DNA of 39,898 bases from a virus (lineage: Duplodnaviria; Heunggongvirae; Uroviricota; Caudoviricetes): IMG/VR virus record IMGVR_UViG_2698536471_000018, positions 1 to 39,898 of that record; one strand, 5' to 3'. Position numbers and translations under genes: made by a program. Positions 18,953-29,104 of this stretch are shown piece by piece. The notes beneath the pieces are model-generated. The model saw only the letters and a list, made by a program, of their open reading frames with translations, ran no database searches and had not been told where the DNA came from. Numbering within the stretch: the stretch's first letter is position 1; the number at the start of each line of letters is the position of its first letter.

Positions 18953-20173
18953 TTACCCTTTACGGTTTGCCCAGAATTCAGCGTTTTGTTTGTTCAGGGA
19001 AGCGATACTGGTCATGCCCATGTTTGGGCGCTGTGCATCGCCGGTGGTGGCGCGGGTGTTTCGCCCTTTGGCAATCTCAGACACGGCATTAAACGCCATG
19101 TCGACCGATTGTTTCGGCAATTTGCGGATATCCGCATCACCGACTATCTGGCGAACCAACGTTTTGTCAGCAGAAGACAGAACCTCGCGTTTGAACGCGG
19201 TCGGTTTCATCTTACGGCTCAGATCGATACCCGGAACGATAACTTCAGCACGCCAGGCTGAGTCACCAGTAATCGTGGTTTCCTCTTCATCGTCCTCGCC
19301 GTCACCGGTCGGATTATCGTCAGGCTTATTGTCGTTATCGCCCGTGGCATTTCCGTCCAGCTTAGCCAGCAGGGCTTTCAGTAATGTTTTGAGGTCATCA
19401 TCACTGTCGCCGGTTGGACCTCCACCCATCTCTGGTGCTTTGTCCGGTAGTGGTTGCTGCGGGGACAGGTTGATGTTGAGATTAACGCCCTGCGGCAAAT
19501 CCCCCTCATCTCCTGTAACCGATGCGGGAGCCGACTCCACCAGTTCGTTCATGGTGTCGGCATCTCCTGTCTTGATGGCTGCACGCATGCGGTTCCACCA
19601 GCTTTTCTTTTGATTTGCCATTGTGTCTCTGTCTCCAATTGCACAACGATTTCCGGCTCTGCCTTTAGGGACAAGAGCCACATGGTTTCCAGTAATATCG
19701 ACCTGCTCGGCTTTACCTGGCTCGGTCTGCTCATACTCCGCGTCATAGCCGCACGACACTTCGCGCAGGCCATCTTCGATAAGCTGAATGGCGCTTTCGT
19801 CTTTGACGATAAGGTCAGCCAGCATCAAATCAGACTGCTCACCCGTCCCGCGCCGGACATTCTGGAGGTGCCCGACAGCAAGCTCTTTCCAGTTCTCGGG
19901 ATTTACCAGCCGCACATTCCCGTTTTCATCTTCAGGATGCAGGATCGTGATGCTCATCCCTTCGAATGAGGCAAGCGTGGCCGGATGGAATACCTGCTCA
20001 GGAGAACGTGTGACGACTATTTCACCGAACTTATCGGGTTTCAGTTTTGGCAGGTCATCAGCACCATAGAGCTGCTTACCTGTTCGTCCTATCGGCACGT
20101 CTTTGCACAGCAACGAGCCGTCAGCCAGCTGATAGCGGGTTTCCCCCAGCCGGGTATTGAAAAAATATTTCAT
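18953..20173 (-). CDS. Head maturation protease / scaffold protein
   Basis: 406-aa protein with acidic low-complexity C-terminal half (DDNPTGDGEDDEEE), typical of scaffold domains. Confidence 0.6.
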   Translation of the reverse strand: MKYFFNTRLGETRYQLADGSLLCKDVPIGRTGKQLYGADDLPKLKPDKFGEIVVTRSPEQVFHPATLASFEGMSITILHPEDENGNVRLVNPENWKELAVGHLQNVRRGTGEQSDLMLADLIVKDESAIQLIEDGLREVSCGYDAEYEQTEPGKAEQVDITGNHVALVPKGRAGNRCAIGDRDTMANQKKSWWNRMRAAIKTGDADTMNELVESAPASVTGDEGDLPQGVNLNINLSPQQPLPDKAPEMGGGPTGDSDDDLKTLLKALLAKLDGNATGDNDNKPDDNPTGDGEDDEEETTITGDSAWRAEVIVPGIDLSRKMKPTAFKREVLSSADKTLVRQIVGDADIRKLPKQSVDMAFNAVSEIAKGRNTRATTGDAQRPNMGMTSIASLNKQNAEFWANRKG

Positions 20174-20187
20174 GTGTTACCTGCGAT

Positions 20188-20922
20188 TCAGGCGGGATAA
20201 GAATGGGAGGAGGGAAAAACGATTTCTTTATAACAGCGACAATTCGGGAGCTCGCCAGCGTGACCGGTCATGCCATCAAGCGTTGGAGGTTTGCCCCATT
20301 CGACAAATTTACCTTCCATTTCCCGATGAGAATGCCTGACATCACCATCTTCGGCTGTACGCCAGATATAACCATTCGAACCAATTGACAGCGCACGTGC
20401 CTGATCCAGCGCGCCGGTTGCACGTCCAAGTTCAGTACGGGCAATCAGGTCAGCTCTGGACTTTGCTATATCACCCGATGCGGCTATTTCTTTAGCAAAA
20501 TGTTCTGCTCTCCCACCGGTCACAACAGCTTCTATCGCCCGATTCTGGATGTCGTACACCCTGTCAGCCACCTCGAGGGGGAGCGATTTGATGTACTTGA
20601 CCTGTTCGGCGATGATGGATTGCATCACCTGGCCCACAGGAGCGCTTTCCACAAGATTGCGGAGCTCGCGACTGATGTTCTTGCTGTGTTGCCGCCAAAC
20701 TTTCTCGTTCTGCCGGGTTAGGTCCGCAGTAAAGTTTTCCGCGACCTTTGTCGCCCAGGGGGTGATGATTTCACTGTAGCGTTCCAGCGCCTCAATAATT
20801 TCCGTGATACTGTCATTTGAACCATCGTAGCGACCATTTACGATGTCTCCGCCCCCCCGCGCTATCCTGCGTAGGCTGGTTCGATAGCGGATTTCCGCCT
20901 GACGGTTCCTGCGGTTCGTCAT
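20188..20922 (-). CDS. Head morphogenesis protein (Mu F / SPP1 gp7 family)
   Basis: Position after portal; start uncertain (ORF-track start 20961 overlaps portal 3' end). Confidence 0.55.
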   Translation of the reverse strand: MTNRRNRQAEIRYRTSLRRIARGGGDIVNGRYDGSNDSITEIIEALERYSEIITPWATKVAENFTADLTRQNEKVWRQHSKNISRELRNLVESAPVGQVMQSIIAEQVKYIKSLPLEVADRVYDIQNRAIEAVVTGGRAEHFAKEIAASGDIAKSRADLIARTELGRATGALDQARALSIGSNGYIWRTAEDGDVRHSHREMEGKFVEWGKPPTLDGMTGHAGELPNCRCYKEIVFPSSHSYPA

Positions 20923-22279
20923 CAGGTTCGCCGATGCCGGGCGGCGCTTCATCTTCGGCATTCTCGATGTCCTCGTCGGTAATGGATGCCCCGATGCCGG
21001 TTACGTCAGAATTTTCGCGCAAATCAGTCATAGCAGCTTTCAGTGTCATCAGGCCATCACCCAGCGCTGTACTGATTGCGTTGGTGGTGTTTAACGCCAC
21101 CGTTGAACGATCGACATCAGACATTTGCCAGAGCGGGTTAAACTCAAACGTGAAATCATCCGGGAGCGGCTTGCCAAGTTCCGAACGATGCATGATGTCC
21201 AGTATCCGCCGCACCGGAAGACGTAAACGTCTCTCCTGCAACGAACTGATGCGGTCGTAATAGTTGGCAAGGTCTGCATCACCGGTAGAAAATCCTTTCG
21301 GGGACTGTCCGAACAACCGCACCAGTGGGATACCAACAGCGCCACTAATCTGTTCTGCAAACTGTGAAAGGATGTCATCCAGACCACTGAAGCTGTACTG
21401 ATGAGTTTCAAACTTATCCCGCGAGTCCATGAGCGTCATGCCTTCATTGCTCTGGAACTGTCGAATCAGGTCAATATTCTTCAGCAACGCTTCATACGCA
21501 GGACCACCAAGTGCGATAAGCTCGCGTAGCTTCTCCACGCTGTAGGTGCGCAAATGCGCTTTGTAGACCAGTTGCGCCGCGCCGACAGTAGCGCTGTCGA
21601 ACGCGGTAAGACGATCCCAGATACGCTCTACAACCGACATTCCCCATTCGTTCTCGGTCATCTTCTGCTGAAATGGCAGCGTGACGCCATCAAAGCGAAT
21701 CAGTCGACTGTGATGAATGCGCCAGGCAGGAATTCCCGTTGCTGTGGTCACCACATCGTAAAACTCAGGTTTACCCAGGTCCGGCCCCATATCTTTAATG
21801 CGGCGGGTCAGTACCGGGTCAATCATCCAGCGGTCGAGCGGGAGAATCCCCTTAAACTTGCCTTTACCGATGGTTTCGGGTCGCAGAGGGGTCATTGGTG
21901 CCTGCCCCTCAATCATGATGAAACCCACCGCGCCGCCATAGAGGCGCGACCATTTCAGCACGTCGTTCAGTGCATCCCAGATTTGCAACTCATCCAGTTG
22001 TGATTCGAGAATGCCGCGATCTTTTGCATCAATTTCCGAAGTGATGCGAATGCCTTTGCGGGTCATATCATCCGGGATAGCATCGACCGCTTCGCCGATA
22101 ATCCAGGACGAACGATAGGACCATTCCACCAGCATGCGGTTACGACTGGTAAAATTAGCCCGGTAGGTGGATGCTGAGTGCTGGTTAGGTGTCTGCATCC
22201 CTACGCGGGCAATAAAATTCTCATAACCATCGGCTGTGGCCTGCGCAGTTCGCCGCAGGGCTTGTTTGTTTCGTGCCAT
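20813..22279 (-). CDS. Portal protein
   Basis: 488-aa protein directly downstream of large terminase with acidic C-terminus. Confidence 0.75.
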   Translation of the reverse strand: MARNKQALRRTAQATADGYENFIARVGMQTPNQHSASTYRANFTSRNRMLVEWSYRSSWIIGEAVDAIPDDMTRKGIRITSEIDAKDRGILESQLDELQIWDALNDVLKWSRLYGGAVGFIMIEGQAPMTPLRPETIGKGKFKGILPLDRWMIDPVLTRRIKDMGPDLGKPEFYDVVTTATGIPAWRIHHSRLIRFDGVTLPFQQKMTENEWGMSVVERIWDRLTAFDSATVGAAQLVYKAHLRTYSVEKLRELIALGGPAYEALLKNIDLIRQFQSNEGMTLMDSRDKFETHQYSFSGLDDILSQFAEQISGAVGIPLVRLFGQSPKGFSTGDADLANYYDRISSLQERRLRLPVRRILDIMHRSELGKPLPDDFTFEFNPLWQMSDVDRSTVALNTTNAISTALGDGLMTLKAAMTDLRENSDVTGIGASITDEDIENAEDEAPPGIGEPDDEPQEPSGGNPLSNQPTQDSAGGRRHRKWSLRWFK

Positions 22280-23901
22280 CAGGCCTGTCTCCCTAGCAAC
22301 TCCCAGATGTTCAGGGCTGAATTCATTGGGGCATAGTTGATCATCACCGAGTCGGCAAGGTTTGGCGACCGGGTTCCATCAGGCTGTTTATCAATAACGA
22401 TTTTTCCCACACCATTAATGGAATAGGTCGGCTGCGAAAGCTCGATGATGAGTTTATCTTTGAGTGCCATGCTACTGCTGATTGAGATGATTTCGTCCGG
22501 GTTGTAAGCCATACCTTCAACCACGGCGCGCCAGGTATTCTGAAAAAGTTTACGTAACCGCCACCAGCTCTGGGCTTTGGCGTTAGCGAAGAAGTCCTTG
22601 TTCAGACGTGCGGCTTGCCCGTTGTCCCCGCGAACAGCTTCATCATCCGGATCAAATACCGCGCCACTACCTCGAAACGGTGTGGCGAGTATTGACGGTC
22701 GACGCGCAGCGTTACGCAGTTCGTTGATAGCGCGTGCATCGCCGCGAACTCCAGCGCCCAGTCCGTCCTCGTCAAAGCGAAACTCTTCGAGGTTATCCTG
22801 TTCGCAAAAGCCGAAAATCTTCTCGACGGACTGATAAATGTCGCTGCCCACACCGGACCATTCCCGCACATTTTCCAGGAGGAAGCCATGACGGGTGGAA
22901 AAGGCATTTTTGTCCCTGCCTTCGTCGGCGACATCCATCGCGCCAAGTCGTTTGCCTGTTGGCTGGATACCCAGTTTGATATGCGCATCAACGGCAGCCT
23001 GTACCCATTCGGATGGAATCAGGACGCCTTCCGCTGATGCGCTGTAGTTCAGATCAAGTTCCTGTGCCACCACCACCGGATTATCGATTTTCTCGCATTC
23101 CCTGCGATACCACTCTTCATCCTTGCGAGGATCATCCCGCCAGTGGAATGTGAATACCGGTATCTTCCCGCCATGACGCTTCTGAGCGAACGGGTTAGCC
23201 ATGCCGTTAACTGAACTCAGGTCGATACGGCAACGCGTCGTTTGTGACAACGCCGCATCAATCAGCAGAGGACGCTGAAGGAATGCAGCCTCATCAACCA
23301 GATAAAGCGTGGTACGGTCACCACGACCAATATTATCGCCAGCCTCGCCTTTGATAACGGCACCAGTTTCAGGAAACTCAACACGCATATATGGCGCGTG
23401 CTTCTTCTCACTCCACGAACCGCGAAACTCTACAGGTAGCGTTTCCACGAACTTGCGCGCCTTCCAGAACAATGCTTTCGGGTCACCAGTGCTGTCGACG
23501 TATTCCTCTTTACGGGAGCCAAAACCGATAACCATTTCTTTGTTGAAGAGACAAAGCGAGCATGCCAGTCCGATCGCGGTCCAACTGAGCCCCATTTCAC
23601 GGGATTTTTCGGTAATACCATTCTCCCGATTGCTCCAGCGTTCCATAATCCAGTGGATCCACTCCTCCTGCTTAGGGAAGAGTAAAAACGGAATGGTCAC
23701 CGGCAGGCCATAATCAATATTACGCGGGTCCGTTGTCATGCCCCAGTCGATGATGAACTGAGCCGGATTGGTTCGGTAAAACTGTTTTAGTGCAGGCAAT
23801 ATTTCAGGATTCTGGCGAATGCGCTGTAGGCGTTCCATCCGCCATTCAAAAACCATCTGGTAATCAGGATGTTTAAAATCGAAGGGGAATGGTAACGGCA
23901 T
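22279..23901 (-). CDS. Terminase large subunit
   Basis: 540-aa protein; contains the motif LYLVDEAAF (Walker-B-like DEAA) in an ATPase region; precedes portal. Confidence 0.85.
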   Translation of the reverse strand: MPLPFPFDFKHPDYQMVFEWRMERLQRIRQNPEILPALKQFYRTNPAQFIIDWGMTTDPRNIDYGLPVTIPFLLFPKQEEWIHWIMERWSNRENGITEKSREMGLSWTAIGLACSLCLFNKEMVIGFGSRKEEYVDSTGDPKALFWKARKFVETLPVEFRGSWSEKKHAPYMRVEFPETGAVIKGEAGDNIGRGDRTTLYLVDEAAFLQRPLLIDAALSQTTRCRIDLSSVNGMANPFAQKRHGGKIPVFTFHWRDDPRKDEEWYRRECEKIDNPVVVAQELDLNYSASAEGVLIPSEWVQAAVDAHIKLGIQPTGKRLGAMDVADEGRDKNAFSTRHGFLLENVREWSGVGSDIYQSVEKIFGFCEQDNLEEFRFDEDGLGAGVRGDARAINELRNAARRPSILATPFRGSGAVFDPDDEAVRGDNGQAARLNKDFFANAKAQSWWRLRKLFQNTWRAVVEGMAYNPDEIISISSSMALKDKLIIELSQPTYSINGVGKIVIDKQPDGTRSPNLADSVMINYAPMNSALNIWELLGRQA

Positions 23902-23905
23902 ACTC

Positions 23906-24457
23906 TTAGCCCATCATTTTTCTATACGCTTCTGCAACCTGCTCCGGCGTTAAGTTGGTAATTTCTGTTCTGACTGGTCCTCCGTCAGCACCAGTCACTT
24001 CATTTTTGACATTGTCTTTAAACGCCTGAACAGAAACATGACGCCCGAGCAACTCAAGGTTTTTAACCTTATCAGGCCATTTGATTTTCTTCAGAAGTGC
24101 GGCGCTATCTGCGGATGCCATCTCCACGACATCCATTCCTGATAGCGTTGTGCGCCATACCTTAGGCCAGTCTTTAATGGGCTTTAGCTCACCGTTTTGC
24201 AGGAGAATGTCGAGCACATCCATCTGGTCGATTTCAATAAGGCGATTAAGTACATATCCTGCATTAATACCAACAAGATCATTGCGTTGCGCTTTCAGTT
24301 CGGCGATTCTTAACTTGATGTCAGGTTTTGACAGGTTTTCGGATGCGGTACGGTTAGCTGTCTTTGCGCTGTACCCCGCCCGAATAGCCGCTTGCGTGGC
24401 GTTTAAATCGATGAGGTACTCGCGACAGAACATCTCTTGTTTGTCGGTGAGTGCCAT
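23906..24457 (-). CDS. Terminase small subunit
   Basis: N-terminus [34 protein letters not shown] is the typical small-terminase HTH signature. Confidence 0.85.
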   Translation of the reverse strand: MALTDKQEMFCREYLIDLNATQAAIRAGYSAKTANRTASENLSKPDIKLRIAELKAQRNDLVGINAGYVLNRLIEIDQMDVLDILLQNGELKPIKDWPKVWRTTLSGMDVVEMASADSAALLKKIKWPDKVKNLELLGRHVSVQAFKDNVKNEVTGADGGPVRTEITNLTPEQVAEAYRKMMG

Positions 24458-24481
24458 GACAAAGTCTCAATTGGATTGAAA

Positions 24482-24754
24482 ATGAGTGATTTATTACTAA
24501 TTAAAAACTGGTTAATTGACCATCATGCACTATCGATTTTCTTTGGGTTTTTATCGGCTGGGTTATGGATCAAATCAGCAACAGCCAAAGTCAAAACAGG
24601 TAGAAGCACCGTTGTAGCAATTACATTTGATGATCCCAAAAAAAATGTAGATCTTCACGAATTTTTCTTAACTGCGCGGTTACAGTCTAAATATAACTCA
24701 TATGCAGCTTTCGCTGCTGCTGTAACTGTGATTTTGCAAATGGCTGGCTATTAG
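24482..24754 (+). CDS. Hypothetical small membrane protein (opposite strand to late operon)
   Basis: 90-aa AT-rich ORF with one clear hydrophobic helix; no convincing RBS. Confidence 0.3.
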   Translation: MSDLLLIKNWLIDHHALSIFFGFLSAGLWIKSATAKVKTGRSTVVAITFDDPKKNVDLHEFFLTARLQSKYNSYAAFAAAVTVILQMAGY

Positions 24755-24842
24755 AAAACCTTAACCAGGATATTATTTACCTTTATCAATATCAGTTAAC
24801 GGCTCAAAGTGTAATGGTTCCACATTCTCCTAATGGAGTTAT

Positions 24843-24959
24843 TTACTCGCCCGTCTCGGTAGCCAGCTGCATAAAGCCATTAACCAGCTCAGGCTGACGT
24901 CGTGACGTCTTGCCCGTAAAGGTTTCGCCTGTTTGGGTTTGGTAGATGTCGGACATTGA
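24843..24959 (-). CDS. Hypothetical 38-aa protein
   Basis: Not in ORF track. Translation MSDIYQTQTGETFTGKTSRRQPELVNGFMQLATETGE; AGAGG 8 nt upstream of ATG. Confidence 0.35.
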   Translation of the reverse strand, partial: SMSDIYQTQTGETFTGKTSRRQPELVNGFMQLATETGE

Positions 24960-25070
24960 GAGCCTCTTTATCTGCTTGTGGGGATATATGGTTAATTATC
25001 CTCTGTAGGGGATACTGCCATCACAATGGGGAGAATCATCGTAATGGCAATAAAAACCGCCCATAGGCAG

Positions 25071-25478
25071 TTAATCTGAAAGACCAAATTTCTTTTTTGC
25101 GTAGGATTTTAGAAGCTCTACACCAACATCTTTCAATACCGATAATGGTTGATCGCTAATTGTTTTTAGCTTCTCAAAAACATCCTTTTGTTGAAGGGTT
25201 TCTGCAAACTCTTGGCCTGATGACGTGAGTCTTACATTGGCTGGCCATTCACGGATTTCATTAAGCCCAATAGTAAGTCCTAATTTCTTAGGATCGCCTA
25301 TTTCTAGAAAATGGTTACTGATATAACCTCTCTCAATCAATTGGTAGTAATGAAAGAGTCCTTTATCGCTGCTTATTTCGTATCCAGCTTTTTTAAGGTC
25401 ATTAGCTGATATCAATGGTCCGCCAGCCTTAATAAAAACCCCTAACATTCCCTTCAAGTATTCCAGATCGGTCTGCAT
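25071..25478 (-). CDS. Hypothetical cargo protein (135 aa)
   Basis: AT-rich ORF between lysis cassette and terminase; no recognisable catalytic motif. Confidence 0.5.
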   Translation of the reverse strand: MQTDLEYLKGMLGVFIKAGGPLISANDLKKAGYEISSDKGLFHYYQLIERGYISNHFLEIGDPKKLGLTIGLNEIREWPANVRLTSSGQEFAETLQQKDVFEKLKTISDQPLSVLKDVGVELLKSYAKKKFGLSD

Positions 25479-25536
25479 AAATTACCTCCATCCTGAGAAA
25501 TAGAGATAATATTACCCTTAAAATTCTTCATTAACA

Positions 25537-25998
25537 CTAATTTGAACACTGCTCTTTGATGTAGTCCTGCAAGTAGCCGACCTGCTTCGTCACTGTGACG
25601 ATTCGCTCTCTGAGGGTGAAATAATCCCGTTCAGCGGAGTCAGTAAGTCCGGGGCTGGAAGCATCGCCCAAGCTGCCGGTGCCGGTCTTTCCGCTCGCTG
25701 GACATCGGGCATTGAAGTGCAGCCCACACTTGCCAGTGCGAACACAACGCTGCAGATCATCAAGCTGCTTTTTCGCATCAGCTAGTTCTCCGGTGTATTT
25801 AGCATCGAGTGCATCAGCATCACGCTGGCGCTGCTGCATGTCAGTAATGGTGGCGTTCGCCTTCTCCAGTTCACTGGCCTTGTTATCGCGCTGCTCTTTG
25901 TAGGCGATTGCGTTATCACGGTAATGATTAACAGCCCATGACAGGCAGACGATGATGCAGATAACCAGAGCGGAGATAATCGCGGTTAACCGACTCAT
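25537..25998 (-). CDS. Rz: i-spanin Rz
   Basis: From [30 protein letters not shown]... near-identical to lambda Rz N-terminus; ORF-track start is an upstream artefact. Confidence 0.9.
   Translation of the reverse strand: MSRLTAIISALVICIIVCLSWAVNHYRDNAIAYKEQRDNKASELEKANATITDMQQRQRDADALDAKYTGELADAKKQLDDLQRCVRTGKCGLHFNARCPASGKTGTGSLGDASSPGLTDSAERDYFTLRERIVTVTKQVGYLQDYIKEQCSN
25590..25778 (-). CDS. Rz1: o-spanin Rz1 (embedded in Rz, +1 frame)
   Basis: Lipoprotein signal with lipobox SVGC followed by Pro-rich region and [10 protein letters not shown], as in lambda Rz1. Confidence 0.85.
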   Translation of the reverse strand: MRKSSLMICSVVFALASVGCTSMPDVQRAERPAPAAWAMLPAPDLLTPLNGIISPSESESSQ

Positions 25999-26086
25999 GA
26001 CATCAACACTCCAACGGCCAGAAACCACGGCCACGCATCGTTGCCATTGAATGCGAGCAACGCTGCCATGAAAAAGCAAATCATGC

Positions 26087-26590
26087 TCATTGTTGCCCCC
26101 ACAAACAGACTTCACGCTCAATCTCACGACGAGTCATCAGACCTTTCCATTGCTTACCGCCAGCGTATGTCCAGCGACGTAGCTGATCACATGCGCCTTT
26201 GATATCGCCCTGGTTGATTTTGCGCAGAAGCGTCGATGTTCTGAAATTGCCAGCACCCACGTTGTAAACGAATGAGTAAAGAGCGCCGCGCGTTGTTTCC
26301 GGTATATCGACTTTGATGTACGGGTTAATTTGTCTGGCTACCGTGGCAAGGTCTTTATTCAGGAGGGCTTTGCATTCTGCTTCGGTATACGTTTTACCGG
26401 GAATGATGTCTTTTCCTGTATGCCCGTGACATACAGTCCATACGCCAACGATATCTTTGTATGGTATGTAGCTGACACCTTCCAGACCATCGTTACCACC
26501 TGGACCAGTGATTAACACTGATGCTATAGCAATAGCCCCGCCACTTATCGCCGCTATTACGCTATTTCGTAGTGCCGGTGACATTGCCAT
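26087..26590 (-). CDS. R: SAR endolysin (phage 21 R-type lysozyme)
   Basis: N-terminal Gly/Ala-rich signal-anchor-release helix ([26 protein letters not shown]) then lysozyme domain. Confidence 0.9.
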   Translation of the reverse strand: MAMSPALRNSVIAAISGGAIAIASVLITGPGGNDGLEGVSYIPYKDIVGVWTVCHGHTGKDIIPGKTYTEAECKALLNKDLATVARQINPYIKVDIPETTRGALYSFVYNVGAGNFRTSTLLRKINQGDIKGACDQLRRWTYAGGKQWKGLMTRREIEREVCLWGQQ

Positions 26591-26765
26591 TCAATCTGTC
26601 CTCGCGCTCTTTGCGCTTGTAGTACCAGTTGATGCCAAATGTGCCGACAGTACAAAGAATACCAATGATGACAGCCCAGTCATTCAGGGAGAGAATGCCA
26701 CCCATCGCAGTCAGTCCTCCGAAGCTGTAACTGAACCATTCTCTGATTTTGTCCATACGGTACAT
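26562..26765 (-). CDS. S: Class II holin / pinholin with dual start (MYRM...)
   Basis: 67 aa, two TM segments, charged C-terminus, Met1/Met4 dual-start; hairpin CCCCT-N6-AGGGG immediately upstream, resembling the lambda sdi structure. Confidence 0.75.
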   Translation of the reverse strand: MYRMDKIREWFSYSFGGLTAMGGILSLNDWAVIIGILCTVGTFGINWYYKRKEREDRLNGNVTGTTK

Positions 26766-27008
26766 GCTCTACCCCTTCATTGAGGGGATTTGCTCTATTT
26801 AATTAGGAATAAGGTCGATTACTGATAGAACAAATCCAGGCTACTGTGTTTAGTAATCAGATTTGTTCGTGACCGATATGCACGGGCAAAACGGCATGAG
26901 GTTGTTAGCGCAACCTCTTGCCACCCGCTTTCACGAGGTCATGTGTAGAAGGCCGCAGCGTAACTATCACTGATGAATTCAGGATAGCCAGTGGCTACGG
27001 CTCAGTTA

Positions 27009-27084
27009 TGGTGCTGGTTAACGGACTTGAACCGCTACCCATTCGCTTACAAGGCGACTGCTCTACCATTGGAGCTAAACCAGC
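27009..27084 (-). tRNA. tRNA-Thr (anticodon UGU)
   Basis: Hand-folded cloverleaf: 7-bp acceptor stem GCTGGTT/AACCAGC, anticodon loop CTTGTAA, T-loop TTCAAGT, 3' ACCA. Confidence 0.75.
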
Positions 27085-27089
27085 ATATT

Positions 27090-27164
27090 TGGCGGGACAG
27101 CGTGGACTCGAACCACGATAAGAAGGTTAACAGCCTTCCGTAATGACCTTTATACGACTGACCC
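27090..27164 (-). tRNA. tRNA-Asn (anticodon GUU)
   Basis: Anticodon stem GAAGG/CCTTC with loop CTGTTAA, T-arm CGTGG-TTCGAGT-CCACG, 3' GCCA; one acceptor-stem mismatch and irregular D-arm. Confidence 0.6.
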
Positions 27165-27218
27165 AAATAAAAAAAGCCACCGTTGCAACTTAAGAGTCAC
27201 TAACGGCAGCTTACATCT

Positions 27219-27731
27219 TTAAACGGTATGATATTTCATTCTGGCTGCCTCAAAAGCCGCAGCGGCAAGTTCTGCTGTGTCATGGTATCCAAGGTTAATA
27301 CACTTTCCAGACGCATTAATTCTTGCTCTCCATTTCCCGTACTTAGCATCCCAAGACACGCCACGGTACCCAGATTTATTATTCTTCTGAATTTTCCTGT
27401 TCTGCATATTTTCGGAATGAGTGACAAGACGAAGATTTGATATCCGGTTATCTGTTCTTACCCTGTTGATGTGATCAATAATGCCATCGGGCATGGTGCC
27501 ATAAACAATCAACCATGCCAGTCTGTGAGCAGGGTATGCTTTACCATTAAGCATAATCATTAAATACCCACCAGAACTTATTGATGAGCATTTCTTGAAA
27601 GCAAAACGAGAGTTCCATGTCAAAGTAGTCCTCTCTCTCCCCCGCCTCCATTTCCAGTGAAAGTCGCCTGATGATGGATTGTAATCAACAACAGAAAGCA
27701 CCATTTCTGGCGTTAATTTTATTTCTTTCAT
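27219..27731 (-). CDS. HNH homing endonuclease with AP2 DNA-binding domain
   Basis: HNH motif (HRLAWLIVYG...IDHINRVRTDNRISNLRLVTHSENMQN) followed by AP2-type motif (SGYRGVSWDAKYGKWRARI...LGYHDTAELAAAAFEAA). Confidence 0.85.
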   Translation of the reverse strand: MKEIKLTPEMVLSVVDYNPSSGDFHWKWRRGRERTTLTWNSRFAFKKCSSISSGGYLMIMLNGKAYPAHRLAWLIVYGTMPDGIIDHINRVRTDNRISNLRLVTHSENMQNRKIQKNNKSGYRGVSWDAKYGKWRARINASGKCINLGYHDTAELAAAAFEAARMKYHTV

Positions 27732-27850
27732 CGCTTTACCTTAGGGATAGAGCCTGTTCGCGTAGATATGACAGCCAAGAGCGGAGCGATGTTTCCACCA
27801 CCATATCTCAGGCCCATATCACTAAGACTCTTGTTTTGATTGCACGCGAA

Positions 27851-27877
27851 TGCAAAAAAGCCCACAGGAGGTGGGCT
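27851..27877 (-). terminator. Late terminator tR' downstream of Q/PR'
   Basis: Minus-strand hairpin GCCCAC-ctcct-GTGGGC followed by TTTTTTG, about 75 nt downstream of Q stop. Confidence 0.7.
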
Positions 27878-27916
27878 TGTGATGGTTGCTGAATGCAAAA
27901 GCAGCAGCATATGCGA

Positions 27917-27947
27917 ATAGTGTTGCTCATTTGCTCAATGATGTCAA
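27917..27947 (-). promoter_or_regulatory. Candidate late promoter PR' (-35 TTGACA at 27942-27947)
   Basis: Consensus -35 hexamer just downstream of Q; -10 element not confidently assigned. Confidence 0.4.
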
Positions 27948-27953
27948 CACGTT

Positions 27954-28442
27954 CTATGCTACATGTTTAATTTTCTCTACACGTTTCCGGTTTTTAAACG
28001 CACTATCCAGAACCGGGTAAATCATAAACAACGAGGCATTAAGGATTTCGTCAACTTCCCGTCGACAGGTTGCGAGCGATGGTTTTTGAATGCGCCCGCC
28101 GCCCCGGCATAACATCTTGCGAGGTCTTGCGACGCGATGATAGTAAGATGCAATGGCGTGCCTGGAAGAACCATGAGCGTAGTAGCTGAGGAGGATGCCA
28201 AAGGCTTTCTTGTCAATGTACATGACGGAATCGACGACCTGAGAAATCAACATTCCATCATCATCATTGCACATTGGCCTTGTCATAACTCTCCCCGGCT
28301 CTACGCTCTCCATGAACTTCGCTATTACGCTGCTCATGCGCTTTTCCAGACGACCTGAATAAACCCATGCGCCCCACAGTTCAAGCCAGCCATTCAGCCA
28401 CTCGTGCTGCTCTTTGGTGAGGTTTAGTTCTCTTATGCCCAC
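27954..28442 (-). CDS. Q: Late antiterminator Q
   Basis: 162-aa protein in Q position upstream of PR'-tR' and lysis genes; Cys/His-containing C-terminal half. Confidence 0.7.
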   Translation of the reverse strand: MGIRELNLTKEQHEWLNGWLELWGAWVYSGRLEKRMSSVIAKFMESVEPGRVMTRPMCNDDDGMLISQVVDSVMYIDKKAFGILLSYYAHGSSRHAIASYYHRVARPRKMLCRGGGRIQKPSLATCRREVDEILNASLFMIYPVLDSAFKNRKRVEKIKHVA

Positions 28443-29104
28443 GCGCCTTCTCCCTGTACCTGAATCAATGTGAGGTTTCCGCAGAACACTGCGCCGGTAT
28501 CGATATACATCTGGTTGGCAAACTTGAGTGGTTTCACTGCTGGCGTATGACCAAAGATGAACGTGTCCGCTCCTTTGATTTCTTTCACGATCCCGTCTTG
28601 TGAGTTGCTGATTCGTTCGCGGTTCCAGATTACCTGCTGATGATCAACTGGCTTTCCAAATTCGTATTCGTCACAAGGATAATCGGCGTGGCAGATGACA
28701 TATTTTTTACCTTCGCTCACCAGTTCGATGATTAACGGAAGTTCATCTGCTTTATGGGCAAGAGCTTTAGCCAGAATTTCTTTGTCGTAATCGAGATTAA
28801 AGAACCAGCCACCGCCATTAAGCAGCCAGTGATTGACGTTTCCACGCTCTGATAAGCCATCAATCATCATTTGCTCATGGTTTCCACGTACAGCTCGGAA
28901 CCAGGGGAATGTGATTAATTCCAGACATTCGACGTTCTCTGTACCGCGATCGACCAAATCGCCAACCGAGATAAGCAGGTCTTTTTTGGTGTCGAATCCT
29001 ATCGTCTCCAGTTTTTTCATCAGGTTCGTGTAGCATCCGTGCAGATCGCCAACTACCCAAATATTTCGGTATTTGCTGCCATCAATTTTTTCGTAATAGC
29101 GCAT
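28433..29104 (-). CDS. Ser/Thr protein phosphatase (lambda ORF221 homologue)
   Basis: From [29 protein letters not shown]...; metallophosphatase motifs GDLHG, GDLVDRG, GNHE. Confidence 0.9.
   Translation of the reverse strand: MRYYEKIDGSKYRNIWVVGDLHGCYTNLMKKLETIGFDTKKDLLISVGDLVDRGTENVECLELITFPWFRAVRGNHEQMMIDGLSERGNVNHWLLNGGGWFFNLDYDKEILAKALAHKADELPLIIELVSEGKKYVICHADYPCDEYEFGKPVDHQQVIWNRERISNSQDGIVKEIKGADTFIFGHTPAVKPLKFANQMYIDTGAVFCGNLTLIQVQGEGAWA

Noticed and set aside
18912-19613. 233-aa plus-strand ORF
   Set aside because: Entirely antisense to the protease/scaffold gene; low-complexity Ser/Pro/Ala-rich translation typical of a shadow ORF in GC-rich coding DNA.
20817-22003. Plus-strand ORFs of 147-149 aa
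   Set aside because: Antisense to portal and head-morphogenesis genes; no RBS; composition consistent with non-coding frames.
26890-27008. Third tRNA between tRNA-Thr and the holin
   Set aside because: A 7-bp hairpin and tRNA-like fragments are present, but no full cloverleaf with acceptor stem and T-loop could be folded.
26918-27121. 67-aa plus-strand ORF
   Set aside because: Coincides with the two tRNA genes on the opposite strand; translation is an artefact of tRNA sequence.
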